DNA of 64,000 nucleotides from a bacterium. Lineage in GTDB: Bacteria; Patescibacteriota; Dojkabacteria; SC72. Location: the NCBI GenBank assembly GCA_021463465.1, contig JAJTYH010000002.1:73799-137798 (forward strand), given 5' to 3'. Both the position numbers and the translations under genes were made by a program. Position 1 is the stretch's first letter. Every line of letters starts with the position of its first letter. Shown piece by piece: positions 18,793 through 27,395 of this stretch. The notes under the pieces are model-generated. The model saw nothing but the letters and a program-made list of their open reading frames with translations. It did not search any database and was not told where the DNA came from.

Positions 18793-19863
18793 ATGAGACA
18801 AGAAGGCCAATTCAAATTTATAGACTTATTTGCTGGTATAGGAGGTATTAGGATTGCATTTGAAAACGCAGGTGGTGTGTGTGTGTTTTCCAGCGAAATC
18901 AATGAAGCTTGTCAAAAGACTTATTATGCAAATTTCGGAGAGACACCACAAGGTGACATTACACTTATTAATCCCAAAGATATTCCGGACCATGATATAT
19001 TAACAGCCGGATTCCCTTGCCAGCCTTTCTCGATAAGCGGTAAAAGACTCGGTTTTGAAGATACTAGGGGAACATTGTTCTTTTATATCTTAAACATTGT
19101 TAAAACTAAAAAACCAAAAGTTGTTTTATTAGAGAACGTAAAGCATTTAGTACATCATGATAGAGGTAATACAATTAAGGTGATTCTTAGAAGCTTAGAG
19201 GAACTTGGTTACAATGTGTCATGGAAGGTTCTGAATGCGAAAGATTTTGGGCTTGCACAGAATAGAGAACGAATTGTTATTGTCGCCAGCAAAGCAAATA
19301 AGTTCAATTTCAATTTAATGCCGTCAAGAAACGAGAAAGTCTTTATTAAAGATATCTTGGAAAAAGATGGTGATTTTGAATATCTTAAACCGGAAGAATA
19401 TACAATTCTTGATGAGAAGTACTGGAAACGTCAGATTAGCGGACTTATCTTTTGTGGATACAGAAACAAGAAAATAAGACAAAATGGAGTAAGAGAAAAC
19501 ACAATACACCTCTCCAGAGTTCATAAGCAACCAAATAGAATTTATTACATAGACGGGACACACCCGACAATTCCATCTCAAGAGACATCTGGTAGATTCT
19601 GGATATACGATGGGAAAGTAGTTCGTAAACTAACAATAACAGAGTGTTTCAGATTGATGGGGTTCCCTGACGAGTATAAGAAAGTTTCTGCAACAGGTGA
19701 ATTATATAAACAAATAGGTAATTCAGTACCAATAAACTTGATAAATTCCGTAGCCAAAAGTATTGTGAATCAAGAGTTACTCAATGCAAATGATATAAAC
19801 ACAAAACATATTCCGGAACTGTCCAAACAATTGAATTTTACATCACTTAATTATGGAGAATAA
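18793..19863 (+). CDS. DNA (cytosine-5)-methyltransferase
   Basis: FAGIGGIRIAF (motif I), GFPCQPFS (motif IV), ENVKHL (motif VI); 356 aa. Confidence 0.9.
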   Translation: MRQEGQFKFIDLFAGIGGIRIAFENAGGVCVFSSEINEACQKTYYANFGETPQGDITLINPKDIPDHDILTAGFPCQPFSISGKRLGFEDTRGTLFFYILNIVKTKKPKVVLLENVKHLVHHDRGNTIKVILRSLEELGYNVSWKVLNAKDFGLAQNRERIVIVASKANKFNFNLMPSRNEKVFIKDILEKDGDFEYLKPEEYTILDEKYWKRQISGLIFCGYRNKKIRQNGVRENTIHLSRVHKQPNRIYYIDGTHPTIPSQETSGRFWIYDGKVVRKLTITECFRLMGFPDEYKKVSATGELYKQIGNSVPINLINSVAKSIVNQELLNANDINTKHIPELSKQLNFTSLNYGE

Positions 19864-20962
19864 CGATATTAGAAACTATCTCGAGGAAATTTATGGTAAA
19901 GCTGAATCGAATTATAAAAATTCAATTCTAAAAAACTATGATTCAATTGACCCAAAGATTAGGGAGTATCTGGAGTTAATAGTTTCAAGTGTGGAAGATT
20001 TTCTAGGTGTATTAAATGTAACAGTTACAAGTTTAACCTACAAATCTTTAAACCCCAATCAAGATATTCGAAACCACCAAGCACAACTTGAAAAGGGTTA
20101 CTCTGGCAGGAGTTTTGACACACGATATATTGCACCATTTCTGAAATCGAAAGGACTAAAATCTATGAAGGAGTCGGGTTGGCTTACCCGTTCCTTGGAA
20201 CAGGCATCTCCTTATACCTTGGATTACAGGGGTAAAATCAGAGACTTAAACGTTAAAGAGGCCTTTTTAAAGACTCTGCATCATGTAGAAGAGGAAAATG
20301 GAAATTCTTTACTTATGCTTGAATATCTTTTACTTCTCCTTATCAAACAGCGTGAAGACAGCAAAGTAGAAATAGAACATATTAGCAACCCTGACCTGCA
20401 GATATCAAAAATACTAGAAATGCTTAGTATTCACTTTGAACAAGCAACTTCAAATGGGAGGGCAAGATTACCCGTACTTGCAATCCACTCTATTTATCAA
20501 CTATTAGTTAATGAATTAGAAAGGTATGATGAGAAAGAGTTACAGGAACTAAGTTCGCATACATCTGCAGATTTAAGACACGGCGATATCGGAGATGTTC
20601 AAGTAAATTATGCTGATGGGACTCCCTTTGAGGCCGTTGAAGTAAAGTACGGCATAAAAATAACAGAATCACTCATAATCGATGCATACTCGAAAATTAA
20701 GCAAACAAAAGCAAAAAGATACTATATGTTATCAACGGTAGAAAGTTCCAAAAAAGAACTAGAGGAAATTATTGCAAAGATTAAAGATGAACACGGTTGC
20801 CAAATAATAGTGAATGGGCTACTAAAAACAATAGAATATTATCTTAGACTCATAAGTAATCCAGAACTTTTTGTGAACATTTACACTGACCTTGTAACAA
20901 GTGACAAGGTAATTAAAACCGAACACAAAGTTCTTTGGAAAAAACTTCTACAAAATTTGTAA
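19853..20962 (+). CDS. putative type II restriction endonuclease (PD-(D/E)xK) cognate to MTase at 18793
   Basis: Start overlaps MTase stop by 11 nt; HGDIGDV...FEAVEVKYG fits D-x(n)-(D/E)xK nuclease motif; 369 aa. Confidence 0.5.
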   Translation: MENNDIRNYLEEIYGKAESNYKNSILKNYDSIDPKIREYLELIVSSVEDFLGVLNVTVTSLTYKSLNPNQDIRNHQAQLEKGYSGRSFDTRYIAPFLKSKGLKSMKESGWLTRSLEQASPYTLDYRGKIRDLNVKEAFLKTLHHVEEENGNSLLMLEYLLLLLIKQREDSKVEIEHISNPDLQISKILEMLSIHFEQATSNGRARLPVLAIHSIYQLLVNELERYDEKELQELSSHTSADLRHGDIGDVQVNYADGTPFEAVEVKYGIKITESLIIDAYSKIKQTKAKRYYMLSTVESSKKELEEIIAKIKDEHGCQIIVNGLLKTIEYYLRLISNPELFVNIYTDLVTSDKVIKTEHKVLWKKLLQNL

Positions 20963-20968
20963 TTACGA

Positions 20969-21700
20969 TTATTTAGAGAGATATTTTGCTTCAATTTTCA
21001 AAACATTTGCTGTATCCAAAAGCCCAGCAGTAATATTCAAAGTGCTATCACTAATCATTTCATTATATGTTTTAATGTTTTCCAATCTCCTTGATGGCGT
21101 ATCTCCATCTAAAAAGGATTTAGCCTCTCTGGACCAGCCTCTCCAGTTACTGCAATAGCCTATGACTTCACTATTCAATTCATCAAACTTTATATAAGCG
21201 TTTTGAGGCCACTTGTCAGTGGAAAAAGCATATTTATTGAAGTCGCACTCCCTTGCATAATCCTCGATATCAAAGACTGTTGCATAAACACTTACACCAG
21301 ATTTCCCACTCACTGACGCTTGATAATTTTTGTAATAGGTATCAAAGTTCTTAGTACCGGTTGTTACATTTTTGTAATATTTCAAGTAATCATTTTGAAT
21401 TTGTTTCTGTTCTTCAACAGTTAGTTGTTCCCACTGGGGTCTATTTATCTTCTTTGCGGAGTCTGAATTCGTCCCGCTGAAACCTGAAATTAATCCTGAA
21501 ATACCTGCAACTGCAAACATAATAACAAAGACTAAAGCGATAAGTGACATACATCCACTGTTCTTTTTAGGTTTTTCGTTATTTACCGTTGAAGGGGATG
21601 AGGAGAGAATACTTTTCTTCTCTTTATCAAACTCTTCCTGAGTAATCACTTTGTCTTTGAGGAGTTTTGAAAGCTTTTCAAGCTGTTCGGCCTTTTCCAT
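20969..21700 (-). CDS. SHOCT-domain membrane protein
   Basis: N-terminal SKLLKDKVITQEEFDKEKKSIL (SHOCT-like), single TM helix (CMSLIALVFVIMFAVAGISGLI), extracytoplasmic domain; preceded by structured RNA copy 2. Confidence 0.5.
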   Translation of the reverse strand: MEKAEQLEKLSKLLKDKVITQEEFDKEKKSILSSSPSTVNNEKPKKNSGCMSLIALVFVIMFAVAGISGLISGFSGTNSDSAKKINRPQWEQLTVEEQKQIQNDYLKYYKNVTTGTKNFDTYYKNYQASVSGKSGVSVYATVFDIEDYARECDFNKYAFSTDKWPQNAYIKFDELNSEVIGYCSNWRGWSREAKSFLDGDTPSRRLENIKTYNEMISDSTLNITAGLLDTANVLKIEAKYLSK

Positions 21701-21739
21701 AACTAGATTCTAATAATTTATCTAGCTTGGTCTAAAAGG

Positions 21740-21890
21740 CAAAGGTGGCCTCCCGAACCAAGCGATAAGTCCTTTCGAACCTATCCTGCACTCTTTCGAG
21801 TACAGACCCAAAGCACGAGTGCCGGTCAGGAGACCGCTTTTACGTGCTTTGGGTTTTATATCCATGCCTATTTCTAGGTTTAGGAGTTGT
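21740..21890 (-). ncRNA. structured leader/ncRNA, copy 2 (homolog of 7557..7710)
   Basis: On minus strand: TGTATAAT promoter (plus 21896-21901), CCTA-GAAA-TAGG, 11-bp stem CCCAAAGCACG/CGTGCTTTGGG (plus 21807-21817/21843-21853), GTACTC-GAAA-GAGTGC, AGGTTC-GAAA-GGACTT, tail CGCTTGGTTCGGGAGGCCAC; compensatory base changes relative to copy 1. Confidence 0.6.
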
Positions 21891-21972
21891 GGTCAATTAT
21901 ACAATTTTGAAATCGTATTGCATATATATTGGACGTATAAACATTGTACTCAAAACATGTTAATATTAGCTT

Positions 21973-22473
21973 ATGAAATCAAGAGAATATGCCAATCTAG
22001 CAAAAAAGGCTTACAACGAATTTAAGAATATTAAAGGGACAAGAGGGAAAAGGCTAGACTACTCACAAATATCCTTTCTCAAAGAAGCTATAGATGCGGT
22101 ATCCAGGTTAATCCTCTATGAAAAGACTAAAAAGCATTTTGTTCGTGCAAGTAGTACTTGGAAATTTGTCACCATAATAGCGAAGCATTCTCCTCAAAGT
22201 GCGATTCAGCGGATACATATCAATTATCTTTCAGATTCAGAAAAGTTTCTAAGAGAATCTTCAAGAGACACTAAAGTTGAAACTGGGAAATTTGAGACAA
22301 CAATTTTATATTTAGAGGACCTTTACAAGAAACTCTGCGATATTGCAGATGACTTGGACGATATTATGCAAGACATTCCAGAGGATGAAATACCAGAAGA
22401 CGATGATGATAACAATGGAAATATTACTGTTCAAGACGATGATGGAGAAGTGACAGTAGGTTTAAAGAAATAG
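21973..22473 (+). CDS. hypothetical protein with acidic C-terminal tail
   Basis: 166-aa ORF; C-terminus DIPEDEIPEDDDDNNGNITVQDDDGE. Confidence 0.45.
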   Translation: MKSREYANLAKKAYNEFKNIKGTRGKRLDYSQISFLKEAIDAVSRLILYEKTKKHFVRASSTWKFVTIIAKHSPQSAIQRIHINYLSDSEKFLRESSRDTKVETGKFETTILYLEDLYKKLCDIADDLDDIMQDIPEDEIPEDDDDNNGNITVQDDDGEVTVGLKK

Positions 22474-22483
22474 TGCAACAATT

Positions 22484-22858
22484 ATGCAACAGTTTAAGCC
22501 AAATGAACTACAACTTAAATTGCTAGAAACGATGCTTGACACAAGTGTTTCCTCGAATATCACGGAGATATGTAGTGTCGCAGGAATTGACAGAAGCACA
22601 TATTACCGATGGATGAAAGACCCAAGCTTTGTATATTGGTTTAGTAAGGCCTGGAAAGAGTCTGTAATGCCCCTAGAACCTTTATTAGACAAAATAGCGA
22701 TAAACAATGCCTCTAAGGATTTTAGATACTACAAACTGATTCAGGAGAAGTACTTTATTAAAGCAAAAGCATCTCCTTTTCTCATAAATGTAAATAGTGC
22801 AGATAGGTTACTAGATGCAGTTGATAAGTTAGAAGCGTTATATGCGAATGAAGAATAA
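22484..22858 (+). CDS. small HTH DNA-binding protein (possible excisionase/recombination directionality factor or terminase-small-subunit-like)
   Basis: ITEICSVAGIDRSTYYRWMKD helix-turn-helix; immediately upstream of serine recombinase. Confidence 0.4.
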   Translation: MQQFKPNELQLKLLETMLDTSVSSNITEICSVAGIDRSTYYRWMKDPSFVYWFSKAWKESVMPLEPLLDKIAINNASKDFRYYKLIQEKYFIKAKASPFLINVNSADRLLDAVDKLEALYANEE

Positions 22859-24558
22859 TATATCTCCACGGATGAGTGAATACATTGAATCCTACATTCG
22901 AACTCATCAAAGAGAATCAATTGATGTAACAAAAGAAGAGAAAAAGTATGTTTTATATTTAAGAAAGTCCTCGAAAGATAAAGACAAACAGGTGCAATCA
23001 ATTAAGGACCAGCGAAAAGATTGTTACCAATACGCAAAAAGAGAAAAGATAAGGATTGAAAGAATATTTGAAGAAAGCCAATCAGCAATGATTTCTGAAG
23101 GGAGGGATGCTTTTAAAGAAATGATGGAAGAGATAAAGAAAGGAACATACAACTCAATTCTAGCTTGGCACCCTGATAGGCTGGCGAGGAATATGAAGGA
23201 TGCTGGTGAGATTATAGATTTATTAGATAAAAAGATTCTCATGGATTTAAAATTCCCTTCGTACACTTTCGTAAATAACGGTAGTGGTAAGTTGGCATTA
23301 GGAGTGCAATTTGTCTTGGCAAAAAATTACTCTGACAATCTATCAGTCGTAACTAAAAGAGGTAATCATAAAAGGTTTGAAGATGGCGAGGGAATAAGAA
23401 GCAATAAATACGGATATAAATTAGTTCGAGTTGGTGACGCAAAAAAAATATAGACCAGATGGAAAGAACTTTGAACTTATTCAAAAAGGATTTCAAATGG
23501 CTTTAAACGGGCGACCTGTTGCGGAAATTGCCGACTTCATAAATCGAGAGGGGCTAACCTTAGAAGTAAACGTTAAAAAAGACAATGAAAAGAAAGGCCT
23601 AAAAAAGGGTAAACAGCACATTCATATTACATTACTTCCCCAATCTGTATCTAAATTACTTGCGAATCCCTTCTTTGCCGGAATCCATGTAGTAGGGGCT
23701 AAGGTCTACGATTATAGAGTACTTGATACAGGATTTTTGCCAATCATTTCCGAGGATGACTTTATAAAATTGAGAATTAAACTAGAGTCAAACTCTAACT
23801 TTGTGAAAAGAAGAACGGTAGACAATTCCAGGTTCCTTCCGTTAAAAGAGATGATTACTTGCAATTACTGCAAGGGTCCTATGTATGCTGGAGTAACAGG
23901 TAACGGCAAAGGCAATTATTACCTTCGATACAGATGTGAAACGGAGGACTGTCGGCGAAGAGATAAGGCTTATAAAAAGAAGTACAAACTAAGGGAAAGT
24001 GTACGTGGTGTTCTTATTATTGACTTCGTATTCGAATATTTTAAAAACCTTGATGTGCCAAGGGATTTATACGAGAACTGGGTAACTGAAATAAAGAAAA
24101 TGCGAAAGAAATTCCTTAAAGGCTATTCAACTGAGATGCGAAAAATAGAGTGGCAAATAAAAAAATTAGAAGACGAGATAAGTGTATTGACGCTTACACT
24201 AGCTGATACAACAAAGAAAGCTGTAAGTAGAAGTCTAGAAGGAAAGATTAATGAAAATGCTGATTTAATCGAAGACTTAAGAGATAGAGAACAAGATTTA
24301 AAAAAACAGAGAGATAATTATGAAGTGATTTCTGATAAGACTTTATGGTCGTACGAGAGTTTTACAAACTTCCTGAAAAACGTTGCTAATATAGTAAAAA
24401 GGAAGAGAAGTATGGAACTCCTTGATAAAGTTGTTCGATTGGCCTTTACAAACATTGTGATAGGTAATGGGAAAGTGGTTTCATATAAACTAAAACCGGC
24501 ATTCGAAGCTATCGAAAAACTGCGTCCAATAAACCATGGGGTGGAAGATGGGACTTGA
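22842..24558 (+). CDS. large serine recombinase (island integrase 2), apparent frameshift at A8 tract 23433..23440 (ORFs 22842..23453 + 23431..24558)
   Basis: N-terminal resolvase domain YLRKSSKDKDKQVQSIKDQ (catalytic Ser) in first ORF; recombinase/zinc-ribbon (CNYCKG...C) and coiled-coil in second; 3' end overlaps tRNA-His 3' end. Confidence 0.75.
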
Positions 24559-24614
24559 ACCCACAACCCCCTGTGCCACAGACAGGTGCTCTAACCGATT
24601 GAGCTACATCCACC
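24537..24614 (-). tRNA. tRNA-His (GTG) with encoded G-1 and CCA
   Basis: Cloverleaf: G-1, acceptor GTGGATG/CTTCCAC, anticodon loop CTGTGGC (GUG), T-arm GTGGGTTCAAGTCCCAT, discriminator C + CCA. Confidence 0.85.
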
Positions 24615-24655
24615 ACGACACTAGGATTATAATAACAAAAAGTCACATATACAAC

Positions 24656-25138
24656 TTATACTGAGGCCTGTTTCTTTTCAAATTCCTTAGCATTAATAAT
24701 CAGATATCGATCTCTTGGAATTACTTTAGCAAAAAAGCATCTTCTTTCACCTTTAGAAATTCGTAAATAAACTAATTGATCGTCCACAGCGGTTTTTTCA
24801 AGATTTACTCCCAAGAATTCGACACAATATCCTGTCTTACTTAACCTTACAGCAACATAATGCCTTGGTCTTTCATTAGAATATTTGATTGGTACTTGAT
24901 TATCCTCAACTAAATTGCGAAAACTCCTCAAAGAAGATAATGTCTCATCTGTGAAATCAAACTCAGGGTGAATGTCAAAAAGCTTAATTGCTTCATTCAA
25001 AATAGTGGTGATGCGTTTATCTGGTTCAAGCTTCGGATTTAACTCAAAAGCATCAAGTAAATTTTGCGTCGGTTCAATCAAATCATCTTGATCTGATCTT
25101 CTAGTTTCAATCGGTAAATATTGAATTGTCATACACAT
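24656..25138 (-). CDS. hypothetical protein
   Basis: 160-aa ORF. Confidence 0.4.
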   Translation of the reverse strand: MCMTIQYLPIETRRSDQDDLIEPTQNLLDAFELNPKLEPDKRITTILNEAIKLFDIHPEFDFTDETLSSLRSFRNLVEDNQVPIKYSNERPRHYVAVRLSKTGYCVEFLGVNLEKTAVDDQLVYLRISKGERRCFFAKVIPRDRYLIINAKEFEKKQASV

Positions 25139-25183
25139 ATTATCTCATAGTATTTAAGATAATTAAAGATATGTTTGTCTTCA

Positions 25184-26167
25184 TTATTTCCTAACAACAT
25201 CTTCCACAAATAAATCAATTATCTCTTTAGTTGTCTTAAATTCTTTATATGATTTAAATGCTTTGGGAAAAAACTTATCAATTAGTTTTAGTTTTATTGG
25301 GCTATATCTTTTTTGCATCTCCTCATCGTTTGAAAGTCTTCTGCTTGCTTTGACTATCACCCAGTTACCACTTGACTCATCTCTTCTTAGAATGAATGGG
25401 CATTGATTAGAAATTAAAGTATAAAGTGTTGCAATAAAACTCCATCTATCATCAGAAAACGTCGCTTTATTGCCTTTTAAGATACTTTTAGAAGAGTAAT
25501 TAGGAGTAAAAAGTCCAAAACTTTTTATACTTTTTCTATCTTTAGGATTAAAGGCAAATGTAAAGTCTCCAAGCTTGTACTGCACATCGAGATCAGTATC
25601 AGTTAAGTCAATATAACCCATTATGTTAGCGGGCTTTATATCTTTATGAATAACATTTAAACCATGAAGATAATCCACTGCTTTAGCAACTTCATACATG
25701 CAGTTTGTTGCATCATTTAAATCAAGTCCAGATAATTCCATTGCTAAATCTTTTAAATCCATTCCATGCAGATACTCCATCACTATAACGGAATGGTAGG
25801 TCGTATCATTTTTGGAACTCCTTACTAACGCATAATCGTATGTTTCTACCAGATTTGGATGTCTAAACTGCACGGCCTTTTGGGCTTCTCTCCTTAAACT
25901 TTCAACTTCGTTATCGTGATCAATACGAAATATACAAACTTTAAACGCGACATCTCTTTTCAACCGATTATCTCTACCTCTATAAACATCATTCACACTG
26001 GACTGAGTGCTTTTAATCAGTGCATTAACAACATATCTACTATCATCTGATACTATAAACTCAATCGGTTCCTCATTATAGTTTTCATGTATAACCGTTG
26101 GTAAATCTTGAGTACTTCCGGATTTAATTTCTAGCGAATTAATGATTGTTCCTGGTTCTAATTTCAT
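25184..26167 (-). CDS. eukaryotic-like Ser/Thr protein kinase-like protein
   Basis: VAFKV (VAIK-like), catalytic loop IHKDIKPANI (HRDxKPxN), DFT in place of DFG (LGDFTFAF); 327 aa. Confidence 0.65.
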   Translation of the reverse strand: MKLEPGTIINSLEIKSGSTQDLPTVIHENYNEEPIEFIVSDDSRYVVNALIKSTQSSVNDVYRGRDNRLKRDVAFKVCIFRIDHDNEVESLRREAQKAVQFRHPNLVETYDYALVRSSKNDTTYHSVIVMEYLHGMDLKDLAMELSGLDLNDATNCMYEVAKAVDYLHGLNVIHKDIKPANIMGYIDLTDTDLDVQYKLGDFTFAFNPKDRKSIKSFGLFTPNYSSKSILKGNKATFSDDRWSFIATLYTLISNQCPFILRRDESSGNWVIVKASRRLSNDEEMQKRYSPIKLKLIDKFFPKAFKSYKEFKTTKEIIDLFVEDVVRK

Positions 26168-26208
26168 TGTTACTTTTGAATATGCCTTTTTACAAGTATA
26201 ATGCTTAA

Positions 26209-26688
26209 GTGGAAATTCTTAAAATCCTAACAACTGAAAATAGTGAAGCATTGCTAAGAAGCGAATCAAGAAAACTAGAAGACAAAGAGATTGTTTCAAA
26301 AAAAATCCAAGATTTCATTGACGAACTTCTTTATACTGCTGAAAATGCAAAAATGCAGTCAGGATGGGAGAGTGCTGGACTTGCTGCGATTCAAGTGGGT
26401 AGGCAAGTACAACTATTTATTGCCAAAGATCTCATGAAAAACGAATTTAATGTTTATATTAACCCTGAAATTGAATTCTTAGGTAGTGCCAAAGATATTA
26501 AACTTGAAGGGTGCTTAAGCATCCCTGAGATATCTGGAATGGTTGAACGACATAAAAGAATCAGAATCCGATATAAAAATAGAGAAGGAATAACACAGGT
26601 GGCAAAAGTTGATGGATTCAACGCAAGAATAATTCAACACGAATACGATCATTTACATGGAGTTCTATTCACAGACAAACTAATCTAG
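26209..26688 (+). CDS. def: peptide deformylase
   Basis: GLAAIQVG, EGCLSIP, QHEYDHLHG motifs. Confidence 0.9.
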   Translation: MEILKILTTENSEALLRSESRKLEDKEIVSKKIQDFIDELLYTAENAKMQSGWESAGLAAIQVGRQVQLFIAKDLMKNEFNVYINPEIEFLGSAKDIKLEGCLSIPEISGMVERHKRIRIRYKNREGITQVAKVDGFNARIIQHEYDHLHGVLFTDKLI

Positions 26689-26704
26689 TTTCACTAAAAC
26701 GTCT

Positions 26705-27196
26705 TCATTGTCTTTCTCTCTTTAATCTACGACTATTTGATTGAGGGGGGATATGCGAAACATCGTAACTTAAGATTTTACTTTTCGATTTGACTTCTAG
26801 CAGGTAGACATCTCCTGTTGAAACAATAACCATAACAGACATAGTATGAGGAGCACGTTGTTTTCCTGCATACTCTGCATTTACGATTACTCGAAACATA
26901 CCGTGAGTATCGTTTCGTAAACGAAAATTAGAAGAGAATCTTAAGGGATCAAGAGGAAAAGTTTGACACAGTTCTATTGATTTCTCTCCTGCAACAGTTT
27001 TGAATAATGCTCTATTTTCATCATCGAAAACTCTTTTATTAAGCGGTATCAATTCATCAACAGCCATAATTCCATTCACCACTTCACCTACAAGTGTCTC
27101 GTCACCTAATTCTCTCCCAAAATCAAAAAGTTCGTGGATTTTACGACCTGCAGTTACTGCTGTGTCGGAAAAATAAACTTCATTTATATCTGACAT
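26705..27196 (-). CDS. hypothetical protein
   Basis: 163-aa ORF. Confidence 0.4.
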   Translation of the reverse strand: MSDINEVYFSDTAVTAGRKIHELFDFGRELGDETLVGEVVNGIMAVDELIPLNKRVFDDENRALFKTVAGEKSIELCQTFPLDPLRFSSNFRLRNDTHGMFRVIVNAEYAGKQRAPHTMSVMVIVSTGDVYLLEVKSKSKILSYDVSHIPPQSNSRRLKRERQ

Positions 27197-27395
27197 AAGA
27201 AAACAAAATAATTTTATATACCTAGTCCAAAATCAAATCAGTGTTTAATCCTTTTCCCATATATTTTTCATCCTATTTTACTTATCGACTTCAAGTATTT
27301 CTATTTGATAAATATTAAACAGCATTATCCCATAGCGTTAAATACATGTAAACTACCTGATTGCACAAAAAAATGAATAACGGTAAACTTATTCC

